The notes below the pieces were generated by a model. It saw only the letters and a list, made by a program, of their open reading frames with translations. It had not been told where the DNA came from and did no database searches. A stretch of 64,000 nucleotides of DNA from an uncultured Planctomycetaceae bacterium (GTDB taxonomy: Bacteria; Planctomycetota; Planctomycetia; Planctomycetales; Planctomycetaceae), in the NCBI GenBank assembly GCA_963976765.1, contig CAXBME010000031.1, positions 1 through 64,000 of the forward strand. Reading direction: 5' to 3'. A program made the translations under genes and the position numbers. Shown piece after piece: positions 1 through 9,729 of the stretch (position 1 is its first letter; each line of letters begins with the position of its first letter).

Positions 1-55
1 ACCAACCACCAACCACCAACCACCAACCACCAACCACCAACCACCAACCACCAAC
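1..55. repeat. Heptamer tandem repeat (ACCAACC) x ~7.9, truncated by window start
   Basis: Perfect ACCAACC units from base 1 to 55, ending 3 nt before the cbiM ATG. Confidence 0.95.
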
Positions 56-58
56 TTT

Positions 59-1036
59 ATGCACATTCAAGACGGATACCTCAGCACCAGCGTCTGCCTC
101 GCAACGGGAGCGATCTCGCTCGGCGCAGTGGGTTACAGCCTGTACCGAATGAAAGACTCTCTGGGTGAGCGAACTGTTCCGCTGACCGGCATGATGGGGT
201 CTCTGATTTTCGCCGGGCAGATGGTCAACTTCCCGATCGGCCTGCCAGTCTCCGGACACCTGATGGGCGGAGTGCTCGCCGCAGCCATTCTCGGACCGTG
301 GGCTGGTTGCGTAGCGATAACGCTGGTCCTTGTTGCTCAGTGGGCATTGTTCTCCGACGGTGGACTGCTTGCTTTGGGAGCCAACGTTCTACACATGGCG
401 GTGCTCGGCTCCATCGGTGGTTATGCGGTGATGACGACTGTTCGCAAGCTGCTGGGCGGTGGTTATCGCGGAACGGTTGCCGGTTCGGTCGTTGCTGCGT
501 GGCTGGCAGTGCTGGCGGCTTCGGCGGTGTTCTGTCTGGAATTTCGACTGTCGTATTCCGCCGCCGATTTTGATTTTGGAAACATCTTCACCCTGATGGT
601 GACTCTGCACGCGTTGATCGGAGTCGGAGAAGCAATCATCACTGGCTTCGTTGTCAGCGTGATTTATCAGCAGCGAGCTGATCTGATCGACGCTGCTCAG
701 ACGTCGCGCAACTCGACTACGGCATCCGTCAGTCGGGTTGTTGCCGCCGGACTTGTTTGTGCACTCGCCGTGGCTGCGTTTGCAGCACCGTTCGCTTCCG
801 GGTTGCCGGACGGTCTCGACTCGGTGGCCGAGCGATTCCGCATCGCCGCCGCCGACCAGTCCGTAAGTGGACTGTTCGCCGACTACGACGCCATTCCGAT
901 GGCCGGCTGGCAGAGCCTGTCGGTTTCCATTGCCGGCATCGGAGGATCACTCGTCGTCTTTGCAGCAGCGGTGCTGATCGGTCGAGCGATTCCGACAAGC
1001 ACTCCAGCGATTGCCGCCGAGGCTACCGGTGAGTGA
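59..1036 (+). CDS. cbiM: Ni/Co ECF transporter substrate component CbiM/NikM with fused PDGLE (NikN-like) domain
   Basis: N-terminal MHIQDG motif, SGHLMGG, multiple TM helices, C-terminal ASGLPDGLD. Confidence 0.9.
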   Translation: MHIQDGYLSTSVCLATGAISLGAVGYSLYRMKDSLGERTVPLTGMMGSLIFAGQMVNFPIGLPVSGHLMGGVLAAAILGPWAGCVAITLVLVAQWALFSDGGLLALGANVLHMAVLGSIGGYAVMTTVRKLLGGGYRGTVAGSVVAAWLAVLAASAVFCLEFRLSYSAADFDFGNIFTLMVTLHALIGVGEAIITGFVVSVIYQQRADLIDAAQTSRNSTTASVSRVVAAGLVCALAVAAFAAPFASGLPDGLDSVAERFRIAAADQSVSGLFADYDAIPMAGWQSLSVSIAGIGGSLVVFAAAVLIGRAIPTSTPAIAAEATGE

Positions 1037-1679
1037 CTTCTGGGATCGGTACGGTCGCTCGGTTTCAATCTGTCACCGCATGCCGCCGGTGCTGAAGCTG
1101 GTACTGGCGATTACCGTCATCGTGACTGGAGTCGCTATTCCCGTTCACTACTGGCCGGCTTACGGAGTTCTTGGCTGCCTGGTTTTTGCCGGGCACAGCA
1201 TCGCCGGCATTCCGCTTGGTTATCTGCTCAAACGGTTGTTGATCTTTCTGCCGTTTGTTGCGTCGATGGCGATTTCTTTGCCGCTTTCTCAGGGACTTGA
1301 CCGCGGCTGGGATCTGATGCTGCAGATCATGTTTCGCGGCTGCCTGGCGTTTCTGGTCAGTCTCTGGCTGGTCAATGTGATGCCGTTCGAACAGTTGCTG
1401 GTCACCCTTCGCAGGCTTCGAGTCCCCGCCGTCGTCGTCGCGATTCTCGCCTTCATGTACCGCTACGTTTTCGTCGTGTGGGACGAGCTGGACAAAATGC
1501 GAACCGCTCGAAAAGCCAGAAGCTTCTCGGGGGGCAGTCTGTGGTTTCGCTGGAAGACACTTTCGCAAATGATCGGGATGCTGCTGATCCGATCGCTGAA
1601 CCGTGCCGAGCGAATTCACGGCGCGATGTGCTCACGCGGCTGGGATGGCGAAGTCCGCTGGCTCGACAATCAGGACTGA
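1029..1679 (+). CDS. cbiQ: ECF transporter T component CbiQ/NikQ
   Basis: TM helices, FMYRY..ARKAR and RAERIHGAMCSRG motifs; GTG start overlaps the cbiM end. Confidence 0.88.
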   Translation: MSDFWDRYGRSVSICHRMPPVLKLVLAITVIVTGVAIPVHYWPAYGVLGCLVFAGHSIAGIPLGYLLKRLLIFLPFVASMAISLPLSQGLDRGWDLMLQIMFRGCLAFLVSLWLVNVMPFEQLLVTLRRLRVPAVVVAILAFMYRYVFVVWDELDKMRTARKARSFSGGSLWFRWKTLSQMIGMLLIRSLNRAERIHGAMCSRGWDGEVRWLDNQD

Positions 1680-2063
1680 CGCTGGCGGACTGCGAAGGTT
1701 GCTTTTTCCACTCTCGATCATTGGAAAGGACGAACCATCCTCGCAAGCGTCCGCGTGTTGCACCGATTCGCCTTTGAGAGATCTCACAACTGCCGGCTGA
1801 AATCTTTCAGGAGTCGGTCGAGTCAACTGAAAAATCGCACGGACGCGGTCAGCCGACTTTGTCGATTCTGCACAGATTCACGTCTTTTCACGCAGCACCC
1901 ACTACAATCGAGGCCGACCCCGGAACAGCAGGTTCGTGTGATTTGACACGTTTCGAGTCGCGCAGCGCTGCTACAATTCCCGACGACGACTGTTCGCGGC
2001 ACTGGTTCATGTCGCGCATGGCGGTCTGGCAAAAACACGTTCGTTTCACAAAGGACAATGAAA

Positions 2064-2528
2064 ATGAAGAGTTATCTCCCCATGCTTCTCCTTGCGGCGG
2101 CCATTGGGTGCTCGCAGGGAAGCTCACCCGACGCAGTGCCGGAAAGCACAACCGATATTTCGGCTGTGCCGACTTCAATGGAAGTTGCAGACTCTGGCAT
2201 GGAACTACCGGGTAAGTCAGCGACCATCATCGAATTCTACTGTCCAGGCATGACCTGAGGCGGCTGCCGAGCAACGGTTAACAAATCGTTGAAATCGCTA
2301 CCGGGTGTAGCGAACGTCGAAATTGATGCAGCCGCCAGAACTGCCACCGTATCTGTTGAGGCCGGAAAGTTTGATGCCGCCAAAGCTGTCGCTGCCCTGA
2401 AAAGTTCGGGCTTCCCTGCCGATAAGGTCAAAGCTGTTGAGACCACCGCTGAAGACGGAGCCGACACTCCTGCCGAAGAATCAGCAGCTCCAACTGAAGA
2501 AGCCAAGTCCACGGGAGCCACTTCCTGA
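2064..2528 (+). CDS. Lipoprotein with HMA (CopZ/MerP-like) domain; in-frame TGA at 2256-2258, probable selenocysteine (GMT-U-GG-C)
   Basis: AAGGA RBS, lipobox AAIG-C; ORFs 2058-2258 and 2289-2528 are one frame joined by a TGA at the first Cys of the MTCxxC motif; continues KSLPGVANVEID. Confidence 0.8.
2272..2291 (+). promoter_or_regulatory. Putative bacterial SECIS hairpin
   Basis: CAACG-GTTAACAAAT-CGTTG stem-loop starting 13 nt after the in-frame UGA. Confidence 0.5.
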
Positions 2529-2553
2529 TTCGCTGAATACGCTTCTCTCTGAA

Positions 2554-2598
2554 CCACAAAGCAGTCGCGGGATGGTGAATCTCGCGGCTGTTTTTGTG
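2554..2598 (+). terminator. Intrinsic terminator after the HMA gene
   Basis: GCAGTCGCGGGA/TCTCGCGGCTGT stem followed by a T-run. Confidence 0.6.
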
Positions 2599-2901
2599 CG
2601 CGGACCACGTCAGAAAGTTTGAGCTTCACGAAAGCACCGGCGCTCTGCTGCGTCCGCAACATGCGAGCAACAAGACAGACCGAATTGCTGGCTCAGTTGC
2701 CAGCGAAATATGTATGCGACTGGCTTGGCAATTCTCAATTGCCGTCGCGATGAAGCATTACACGATGCTGACAGACGATATCTTTCCAGCGGGCGATTTG
2801 TGGTTCTATCTGTGCAAATCAGCAGACATCTGAAGCCACCACCTCAAACGAAAAACCCCCAGAAAATAGTGTTTCTGGGGGCTCAGGACAGGCAGTGACA
2901 A

Positions 2902-2930
2902 CCAGTCCAGTAGGGCCAGCAGGACTCGAA
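2902..2930. repeat. att core, left copy (displaced tRNA 3' end)
   Basis: CCAGTCCAGTAGGGCCAGCAGGACTCGAA identical to 19793-19821. Confidence 0.95.
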
Positions 2931-2972
2931 AGAGTGCCGAATTCCTCGGGATTTATGCCTGTTTCGCAGGAT

Positions 2973-2992
2973 GTTGTTCTCCAGGTTGTTCT
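2973..2992 (+). promoter_or_regulatory. Putative integrase arm-type sites (GTTGTTCT x2, 12-bp period)
   Basis: Same pair with the same spacing at 19679-19698 near the other end. Confidence 0.7.
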
Positions 2993-3070
2993 ATCGTCGC
3001 TTTCGAAGCTTGATTCTGCCGGTCGGGAATGGGTGATTCAGCAGTTGCAAACTCTGAGTCGACCGGATTG

Positions 3071-3097
3071 ATCACCACCATCGCAACCATCACCACC
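3071..3097. repeat. 3 x 9-mer array (ATCACCACC-like), inverted copy of 18359-18385
   Basis: 26/27 identity to the reverse complement of 18359-18385. Confidence 0.85.
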
Positions 3098-3683
3098 ACG
3101 AAGTGATGAGTATCGAACCGTTCATTCGATATCGTGCCGCTCGTCCACTTACCGAAAAGTTTGACTGAGAGGGTGGGGGACGTGTATTGCAACGACGAGA
3201 CTCCGTGGGCAGGAATAGAGGGCTCAGAGAATTCGCACCGCAAAACGCCGATTTGTCTCCGGCGTCGGCGATGGGTCTTCGAGATCGGACCGTCTAACTG
3301 TTCATAGGCATTCCGGCGTTGCCCATTACGTCACTTCTCGGTGATGCGATCGTGCCACGATCGTCGCCTATCGCTGGCATTTACGAAATGTCAATGTGTA
3401 TGCTTGTTTTGAGCGAATCGTTCATCTTGGAACCGTCAAAACTTCAGGTCGAAGAAACTGAATCGACGATTTCGCGTTTCTCAAATACCGCATCCACCGT
3501 TGTAACCAAGTCTGGTGACAGTTTTTCCGTTTAACTGCGACGCACAGTTACGGACTGATCTAAATCGACCAAACACAAGATTGATCATGCAGCGCAGTTG
3601 GCGAGAATTCTGATTGAACCAGATTGCATCGGCCAACCCGTTGATTGTGGCAATTGTCGTCCCCAACTAATTCAGGTGAACCA

Positions 3684-6600
3684 ATGAGCCAAATGAAATC
3701 GGATGAATCTGTTGTCTCAGATGAAGCTGCCGCTTCCGATGAATCAAATGAGCCAGCTTCCTTAACTGTTGCCGCCGATTTAGCCGGCTGCATCAACTAC
3801 GCTTGCTGGCAGAATTCCGTGCCGTTTCTGCGTTCGTTAGTAGTCAGGAACGATACCAACAAAACGTTTAGTGACCTTCATCTTGATTTCGCAACGAGAC
3901 CAGGATTTGCACGTCAACGGAAATGGATCATCGACAGGCTTAACCCGGGCGACGAACTCGCCATCGTTGATCGCAAGATCGAACTCGATGCGTCGTATCT
4001 CAACGGGTTGAACGAGGCGGAACGGGGACAAGTGATTCTGACGCTGGTGCAGGGCTCAGAACGCATTGTCGAACAGACGTGCGAGGTTCGAATACTCGCA
4101 AGAGATGAATGGGGCGGATTCAACGGGACAGGGGAGATTCTTGCCGCGTTCGTAATGCCAAACGATCCAGCTATCGCAAGAGTTATCAAGAACGCTGCTG
4201 CTGTGTTGGCAAAGCATGGCCACTCTACAGCGTTAGATGGCTATCAGAGTGGAGATCCGCGACGAGCATTTCTGTTGGCAGCAGCGATCTGGTCCTCCGT
4301 CGCTGCTGAAGGTCTGACTTATGCGAACCCACCTAAGAGCTTTGAGTCGGTCGGACAGAAAACCCGACGGCCGACAACAATACTAAGCGATGGCTTGGCG
4401 ACATGTCTTGATGCCACGCTTTTGTTTGCGGCAGCAATTGAAGCCGTGGGCTTGAATCCTGTAATCGTCTTTCAGCACGGGCATTGTTTCGTTGGTGCTT
4501 GGTTAATCGAAACGACATTCAACAACCTAATCGAGAGAGATGCGGCAGAAGTCCGAAAGGCCTTAGTCGCAAAAGAGCTGATCACCTTCGAAACGACGCT
4601 GATTACACACCAGCCGCCCGCAACATTTAATGACGCAATCGCTACCGCGAAAATGGCAACACAGGAGTCGGAGGAAAGCCGATTCGTGGCGGTAATTGAT
4701 ATCGCCCGAGCGAGGATGTCACAAATTCGTCCATTGGCGTCACACGATGCATCCCAAAACAACAATGAGACGACGAAAGCCGCCGCCCGCGTGCTGCCGC
4801 TTCCAAAAGCGCCAGACCTTGCATCCGTTGCTGCTGAAATTATTGAGGAGAATCCTTCAACTCCGGCTAGTCGTATCGAAAGGTGGCAGCGAAAACTGCT
4901 CGATCTATCGTTGCGAAACCGTTTGCTGAATTTCAAGTTCAGCAAACAGACGATCCCGTTCTTATGCCCCGATATTTCGCAACTGGAAGATAAACTCGCC
5001 AGCGGGACGAAGATGAAGATCATCTCGCTGCCGGAGAACAATCCGATCGGTGAACGAGATGCCGACTTGCATCTGCAAAAGAATCATAAAGACCTCGACA
5101 TAGAATTTACGGCTTCTGCACTGCAACGAAACGAACTTGCCACAAAATTGGACGGTCGCGATTTGGGTAACCGTCTGACTGAGTTGTTTCGTCGCGCCAG
5201 AAATGATCTGGCGGAAGGTGGCTCTAATACGCTGTTTCTCGCTGTTGGCTTTTTGAAGTGGAGACGAAAACCAGAAGACACAGAGTCTTACCGTGCCCCG
5301 CTGATTTTGATTCCGGTGAAGCTAATTCGTAAAAGCGCACTGTCACCCTTCCTGCTGGTGCATCACGAAGATGAAGTTCGATTTAACGCCACGCTCATTC
5401 AGCTTCTAAAGAAAGACTTTGACCGCGATTTATCGCAGTTTGAAGGCGATTTGCCGACAGACGATAGTGGCGTCGATGTTCCGCTGGTGCTTGAACGCAT
5501 GCGCCTCGCGGTTCGTGAGATACCGGGCTTCGAAGTGATTGACGAAACCGCTCTCTCAACCTTTTCATTCGCAAAATACCTAATGTGGAAAGACTTGGTC
5601 GATCGTATTGACCAACTGGAAAAGAATCGGGTCGTGAAGCATCTGATTCGAAGTCCGGACAAGCCATTCCGATCTAGCGTTTCGACTGCCTTCCCGCAAT
5701 GCCGTGACATTGATCGTAGGTTTGCTCCTCAGCAGCTTGTGCATCCACTCCCAGCAGATTCCTCGCAATTGGCAGCCGTCGCCTCTGCTGCCGAGGGGCG
5801 GGACTTCGTATTGATTGGCCCGCCCGGAACCGGAAAGAGCCAGACAATTGCCAATATGATTGCACAGTGTTTGGCAACAGGGAAAACGGTACTGTTTGTC
5901 GCCGAGAAAACGGCGGCACTAGACGTTGTCTACAGGCGACTTCGTGAACATGGGCTCGATAAGTTTTGTCTGGAATTACATTCTAACAAAGCCGAGAAGC
6001 GAAAATTTCTCGACCAGATGAAAGAGTCATGGGATGTAAGTCGACAGTCGTCGAAGGACCAATGGTTGACCGTCAGTGAAAAGCTTCGCGTTCATCGTGA
6101 CGAACTCAATAACTATGTCGAAGCTCTCCACGAAATAGATTCCAGCGGCTGGTCTGTATTCCAAGCCATGGGGATTTCTGTCAAAGGTGTCGATCGGCCA
6201 GCCCCAGAGATTGATTGGCCCGATTCAATACGCCACAACGAAGATGCCTATCGTTCGCTGGTTGAACTGGTCCAAGAGCTTTCTATGATATTTGGAGCAT
6301 TGAAGGATCATTCTGGCCTGACGCACGTCAAGGCCACCAACTGGTCAGCGGCTTGGGAAGCCAGTTTGCTGAAGTCGGTAGACAGAGTGTCTATCGCTGC
6401 TCGTTCACTGAAGACAGAGCTGACAGACTTTTCTTCAGCAGTTGGCATCCTTGGTAAGTCAGACTCTTCGCTTGAAGAGCTAGACCAGTTCAGTCGCGTA
6501 AATCGCGCTTTGGCAGCCACCGCGACAGCTGACTTTCGTATAATTTTCAGCAAGCATTTCCCTCAGCTGTCACGGGAAGTCGACGAGCTTGAACTTGCGA

Positions 6601-9560
6601 TTTCTGAGTACAACGCTGCCTGCTCCCAGTCAGTTGCCAGTTACCCCGAATCGGAGTCACTGCGGATCCCAACCGACGATCTCGACCGTCAATGGCGAGA
6701 GGCCAACGCGAAGTTCTGGCCCCTTTCCTTCTTTTCGAAACGTCGTGTAAAGAAGTTGCTACAGAGTTACGCCGCAGAAGGTATTTCGGATCCGCAGCGA
6801 GACTTACCGCAAATTCGAATAATACAGGAACAGCTTGCAAGGATCGGCCAGAGCAAGCTCGCTGCGGAAGCTCATCTTTGGAATGGTCTTGAAACTGACA
6901 CGTCCGAAATACGCAAACATCTGAAGGATGCTACAGAGCTGCGACAGGCCATTGTCGCACTTGGAAAGAGCGTTGGAGCACTACCGGCGGTTTCCTCGAA
7001 GCTTGGCCCCGTAGTTTCGGATTCGAGTGCGGCCCACCCACTCTACAGCAAGTCGCAGTCACTACATCGCGCGGCCCAAGAGTTTCTCGATGCGATGCGA
7101 TCAATGAAGGAAGTTGCCGGGGCAGTTCCTCTCAGTCGCAGTTCTGAGCACATCCTGGACGATGCCCTTCAGGCTGCAAGCCAGATTCACGCAAGTCGAA
7201 AAGAACTGCAGCGATGGACGGCATGGTGCGATGCCAAGGATCGTGCAGCTTCGCATGGGCTGGAAGTATTTGTTGCCGAACTTGAATCGCGGCGGATTGA
7301 ACCTTCGGATTTAGCCTCAGCATTCGAATTGTCCTACGTTCGATGGTGGCTGCCCAAAGCAATTGACCGCAGCGAGACTTTGCGTGGATTTCAGCGTTTT
7401 AAGCATGAGGAGGCAATTCGAAGTTTCCGAAAGTTAGACGAACTTTCTCGCTCGGCAGCGTCAACACATGTGCGACATTCGCTTGCTCACAACTTACCGA
7501 AGCCAAGCGATGTTCCACGTAAATCTGAGCTTGGCGTGCTGAGACATCAGATGCAGCTGAAACGCCCGAGCAAGACCATCCGACAAGTGATCTCGGCTAT
7601 GCCGGAGTCATTCAGAAAATTAGCCCCTTGTCTACTGATGTCGCCGTTATCGATTTCTCAGTACCTGCCTTCGGATCAGGCCTTGTTCGATGTCGTGATT
7701 TTCGATGAGGCATCTCAGATCACGACATGGGACGCCGTTGGCGCGATTGCTCGCGGCCAACAGACGGTGATCGTCGGTGACCCCAAGCAGTTGCCTCCGA
7801 CAAATTTCTTTGGCCGCTCCGACGATGATGAATGCAACGATGAACTTGACGATCACGAAAGAGACTTAGGAAGCATCCTTGATGAGGCTTCAGCGTCAGG
7901 ACTGCCGACTCTTCAATTGAATTGGCACTATCGCAGCAGTCACGAATCGTTGATCGCGTTCTCCAATTGGCACTACTACAACAACGAACTCATCACATTC
8001 CCTTCGGCTGTTACTGAAGACCAGGCCGTGCGTTTGAAGTGTGTCCCCGATGGGATTTACGACCGTGGAAAGAGCCGCACCAATCGGCGTGAGGCTCAGG
8101 TGATCGTTGACGACGCTGTGGCAAGAATGCAGGACCAGTTGGCGTTCCCTGAAGACGAACGGCATACACTTGGCGTTATCACGTTTAACAGCCAACAACA
8201 GTCGCTGATACAGGACTTGTTTGATCAAGCTCAATGTGACAATCCAGAAATCGAGTGGTTCTTTGCCGACGAGCGTTTTGAGCCAACTATCGTCAAGAAC
8301 CTTGAGAACGTTCAGGGCGATGAACGAGATGTCATGTTGTTCTCCATTACGTTTAGCCCGAATACTGCCGGCAAGGTGCCTTTGACGTTTGGGGCACTCA
8401 ACAGAGATGGCGGCGAGCGGAGGCTGAATGTTGCCGTCACTCGATCCCGTCGGGAACTGATCGTGTATTCTTCCTTCAAGGCCGACCAGCTGAACGTGGA
8501 AGGGACGAAGTCGCGTGGCGTCCGGGATCTAAAGAATTTTCTGGACTATGCCGAACGCGGGGCAATCGCTCTCTCCGCAGAACAAGCGGGCTCAATGGGA
8601 ACATACGAGTCGCCATTCGAAGAGGCTGTGGCCGAAAAACTGAGTGCTCTCGGTTGGCAAGTCGTGCCTCAAATCGGAGTCTCAAGTTTTCGCGTCGATC
8701 TTGGCGTCGTTCACCCTGACAAGCCTGGTGCATATATGGCTGGGATCGAATGTGATGGGGCAACTTATCACCGTTCAGCAACCGCTCGCGATCGCGACAA
8801 GATTCGCGAGCAAATCCTGTGTCATCTTGGCTGGAACATTCTCCGAGTTTGGTCCCCGGACTGGTGGTACGATCGCGACAGTGCCGCAGAACGGATTCAC
8901 GAAGAACTCAATGCACTACTTGAACTAAGTCGCTCCCGAGAAGAACCTGATAAAGTCGAAGAGACGGAACCTGCCACAGAGGATCAAGACGAATGCTCCT
9001 CAGAAGGCTTGGAATCGAAGCGGCAGGCCCCGTCGCCAATAGAATATCAAGTGGCAGATCTTTCCATTTTCAATCCTGACCCTGACGCGTTTTACGAGAG
9101 CTCGTACACTGAAAAACTCAGAAAGATGGTCCTTGCGGTGGTCGAGGCAGAGTCCCCCATACGCGATGATGTCCTTGCACAGCGTATTGCTCGAACTCAT
9201 GGATTCGCTCGTACAGGTGCGAAGATCCGAGACCGTGTGTTTTCGCAACTGGACGGTGTCACTGGCACTGAAGAGTCGACCGGCCGTTTTCTTTGGAACT
9301 CGAATGGTCCGTTACCCGTGGTGGACTTTCGGTATTCGGTAGGAGACGACGAACGAAGATCTGTGGATAACATTTCTCTGGCGGAATTGTGTGGATTGAT
9401 TCTTGGCAAACCTGAATCGCTGAAGGAATTAGATCCGGCACTGGTGATCGCCCGGGACTTGGGGCTTGGCCGCTTAAAGGCTTCAACTCGTGAACGAATT
9501 GAAGAGGCGATTTCCCGCGTGAGAGCAGATCTTCAAGCATCGGAACCGCCTGGTGTATAG
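3684..9560 (+). CDS. DUF4011/DUF3320 SF1 helicase with Vsr/REase_MTES_1575-like nuclease (Hhe-like anti-phage protein)
   Basis: WQRKLLDLSLRNRLLN (DUF4011), GPPGTGKS, DEASQ, NVAVTRSR, IECDGATYH; N-terminal Cys/His transglutaminase-like segment. Confidence 0.88.
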   Translation: MSQMKSDESVVSDEAAASDESNEPASLTVAADLAGCINYACWQNSVPFLRSLVVRNDTNKTFSDLHLDFATRPGFARQRKWIIDRLNPGDELAIVDRKIELDASYLNGLNEAERGQVILTLVQGSERIVEQTCEVRILARDEWGGFNGTGEILAAFVMPNDPAIARVIKNAAAVLAKHGHSTALDGYQSGDPRRAFLLAAAIWSSVAAEGLTYANPPKSFESVGQKTRRPTTILSDGLATCLDATLLFAAAIEAVGLNPVIVFQHGHCFVGAWLIETTFNNLIERDAAEVRKALVAKELITFETTLITHQPPATFNDAIATAKMATQESEESRFVAVIDIARARMSQIRPLASHDASQNNNETTKAAARVLPLPKAPDLASVAAEIIEENPSTPASRIERWQRKLLDLSLRNRLLNFKFSKQTIPFLCPDISQLEDKLASGTKMKIISLPENNPIGERDADLHLQKNHKDLDIEFTASALQRNELATKLDGRDLGNRLTELFRRARNDLAEGGSNTLFLAVGFLKWRRKPEDTESYRAPLILIPVKLIRKSALSPFLLVHHEDEVRFNATLIQLLKKDFDRDLSQFEGDLPTDDSGVDVPLVLERMRLAVREIPGFEVIDETALSTFSFAKYLMWKDLVDRIDQLEKNRVVKHLIRSPDKPFRSSVSTAFPQCRDIDRRFAPQQLVHPLPADSSQLAAVASAAEGRDFVLIGPPGTGKSQTIANMIAQCLATGKTVLFVAEKTAALDVVYRRLREHGLDKFCLELHSNKAEKRKFLDQMKESWDVSRQSSKDQWLTVSEKLRVHRDELNNYVEALHEIDSSGWSVFQAMGISVKGVDRPAPEIDWPDSIRHNEDAYRSLVELVQELSMIFGALKDHSGLTHVKATNWSAAWEASLLKSVDRVSIAARSLKTELTDFSSAVGILGKSDSSLEELDQFSRVNRALAATATADFRIIFSKHFPQLSREVDELELAISEYNAACSQSVASYPESESLRIPTDDLDRQWREANAKFWPLSFFSKRRVKKLLQSYAAEGISDPQRDLPQIRIIQEQLARIGQSKLAAEAHLWNGLETDTSEIRKHLKDATELRQAIVALGKSVGALPAVSSKLGPVVSDSSAAHPLYSKSQSLHRAAQEFLDAMRSMKEVAGAVPLSRSSEHILDDALQAASQIHASRKELQRWTAWCDAKDRAASHGLEVFVAELESRRIEPSDLASAFELSYVRWWLPKAIDRSETLRGFQRFKHEEAIRSFRKLDELSRSAASTHVRHSLAHNLPKPSDVPRKSELGVLRHQMQLKRPSKTIRQVISAMPESFRKLAPCLLMSPLSISQYLPSDQALFDVVIFDEASQITTWDAVGAIARGQQTVIVGDPKQLPPTNFFGRSDDDECNDELDDHERDLGSILDEASASGLPTLQLNWHYRSSHESLIAFSNWHYYNNELITFPSAVTEDQAVRLKCVPDGIYDRGKSRTNRREAQVIVDDAVARMQDQLAFPEDERHTLGVITFNSQQQSLIQDLFDQAQCDNPEIEWFFADERFEPTIVKNLENVQGDERDVMLFSITFSPNTAGKVPLTFGALNRDGGERRLNVAVTRSRRELIVYSSFKADQLNVEGTKSRGVRDLKNFLDYAERGAIALSAEQAGSMGTYESPFEEAVAEKLSALGWQVVPQIGVSSFRVDLGVVHPDKPGAYMAGIECDGATYHRSATARDRDKIREQILCHLGWNILRVWSPDWWYDRDSAAERIHEELNALLELSRSREEPDKVEETEPATEDQDECSSEGLESKRQAPSPIEYQVADLSIFNPDPDAFYESSYTEKLRKMVLAVVEAESPIRDDVLAQRIARTHGFARTGAKIRDRVFSQLDGVTGTEESTGRFLWNSNGPLPVVDFRYSVGDDERRSVDNISLAELCGLILGKPESLKELDPALVIARDLGLGRLKASTRERIEEAISRVRADLQASEPPGV

Positions 9561-9729
9561 CAACAGTGAAACGACTGCTGAGGAAGCACAACGTCGTAGG
9601 ACGATAATCGTGGTGGGGGGAGTCGATCTTGCGAAGGCTTTCCGCTGTCGGAAGAAATCGACTGCTCACAAAACTTGCGGCAAAAAACGACTGGTCTGTT
9701 TTTGCTATCGAACTTCTGCGAGGGCATCG

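Noticed and set aside
2058..2528. Two separate small genes (66 aa and 79 aa)
   Set aside because: Same frame, and the HMA fold spans the TGA; one recoded gene (or, less likely, a pseudogene) explains it better
2911..2930. Second tRNA gene
   Set aside because: Only the 3' acceptor/T-arm fragment is present; it is the att duplication
2953..3243. ORF or poly-His coding explanation for the CACCACCAT repeats
   Set aside because: No credible gene; the inverted partner at 18359 indicates a DNA-level site
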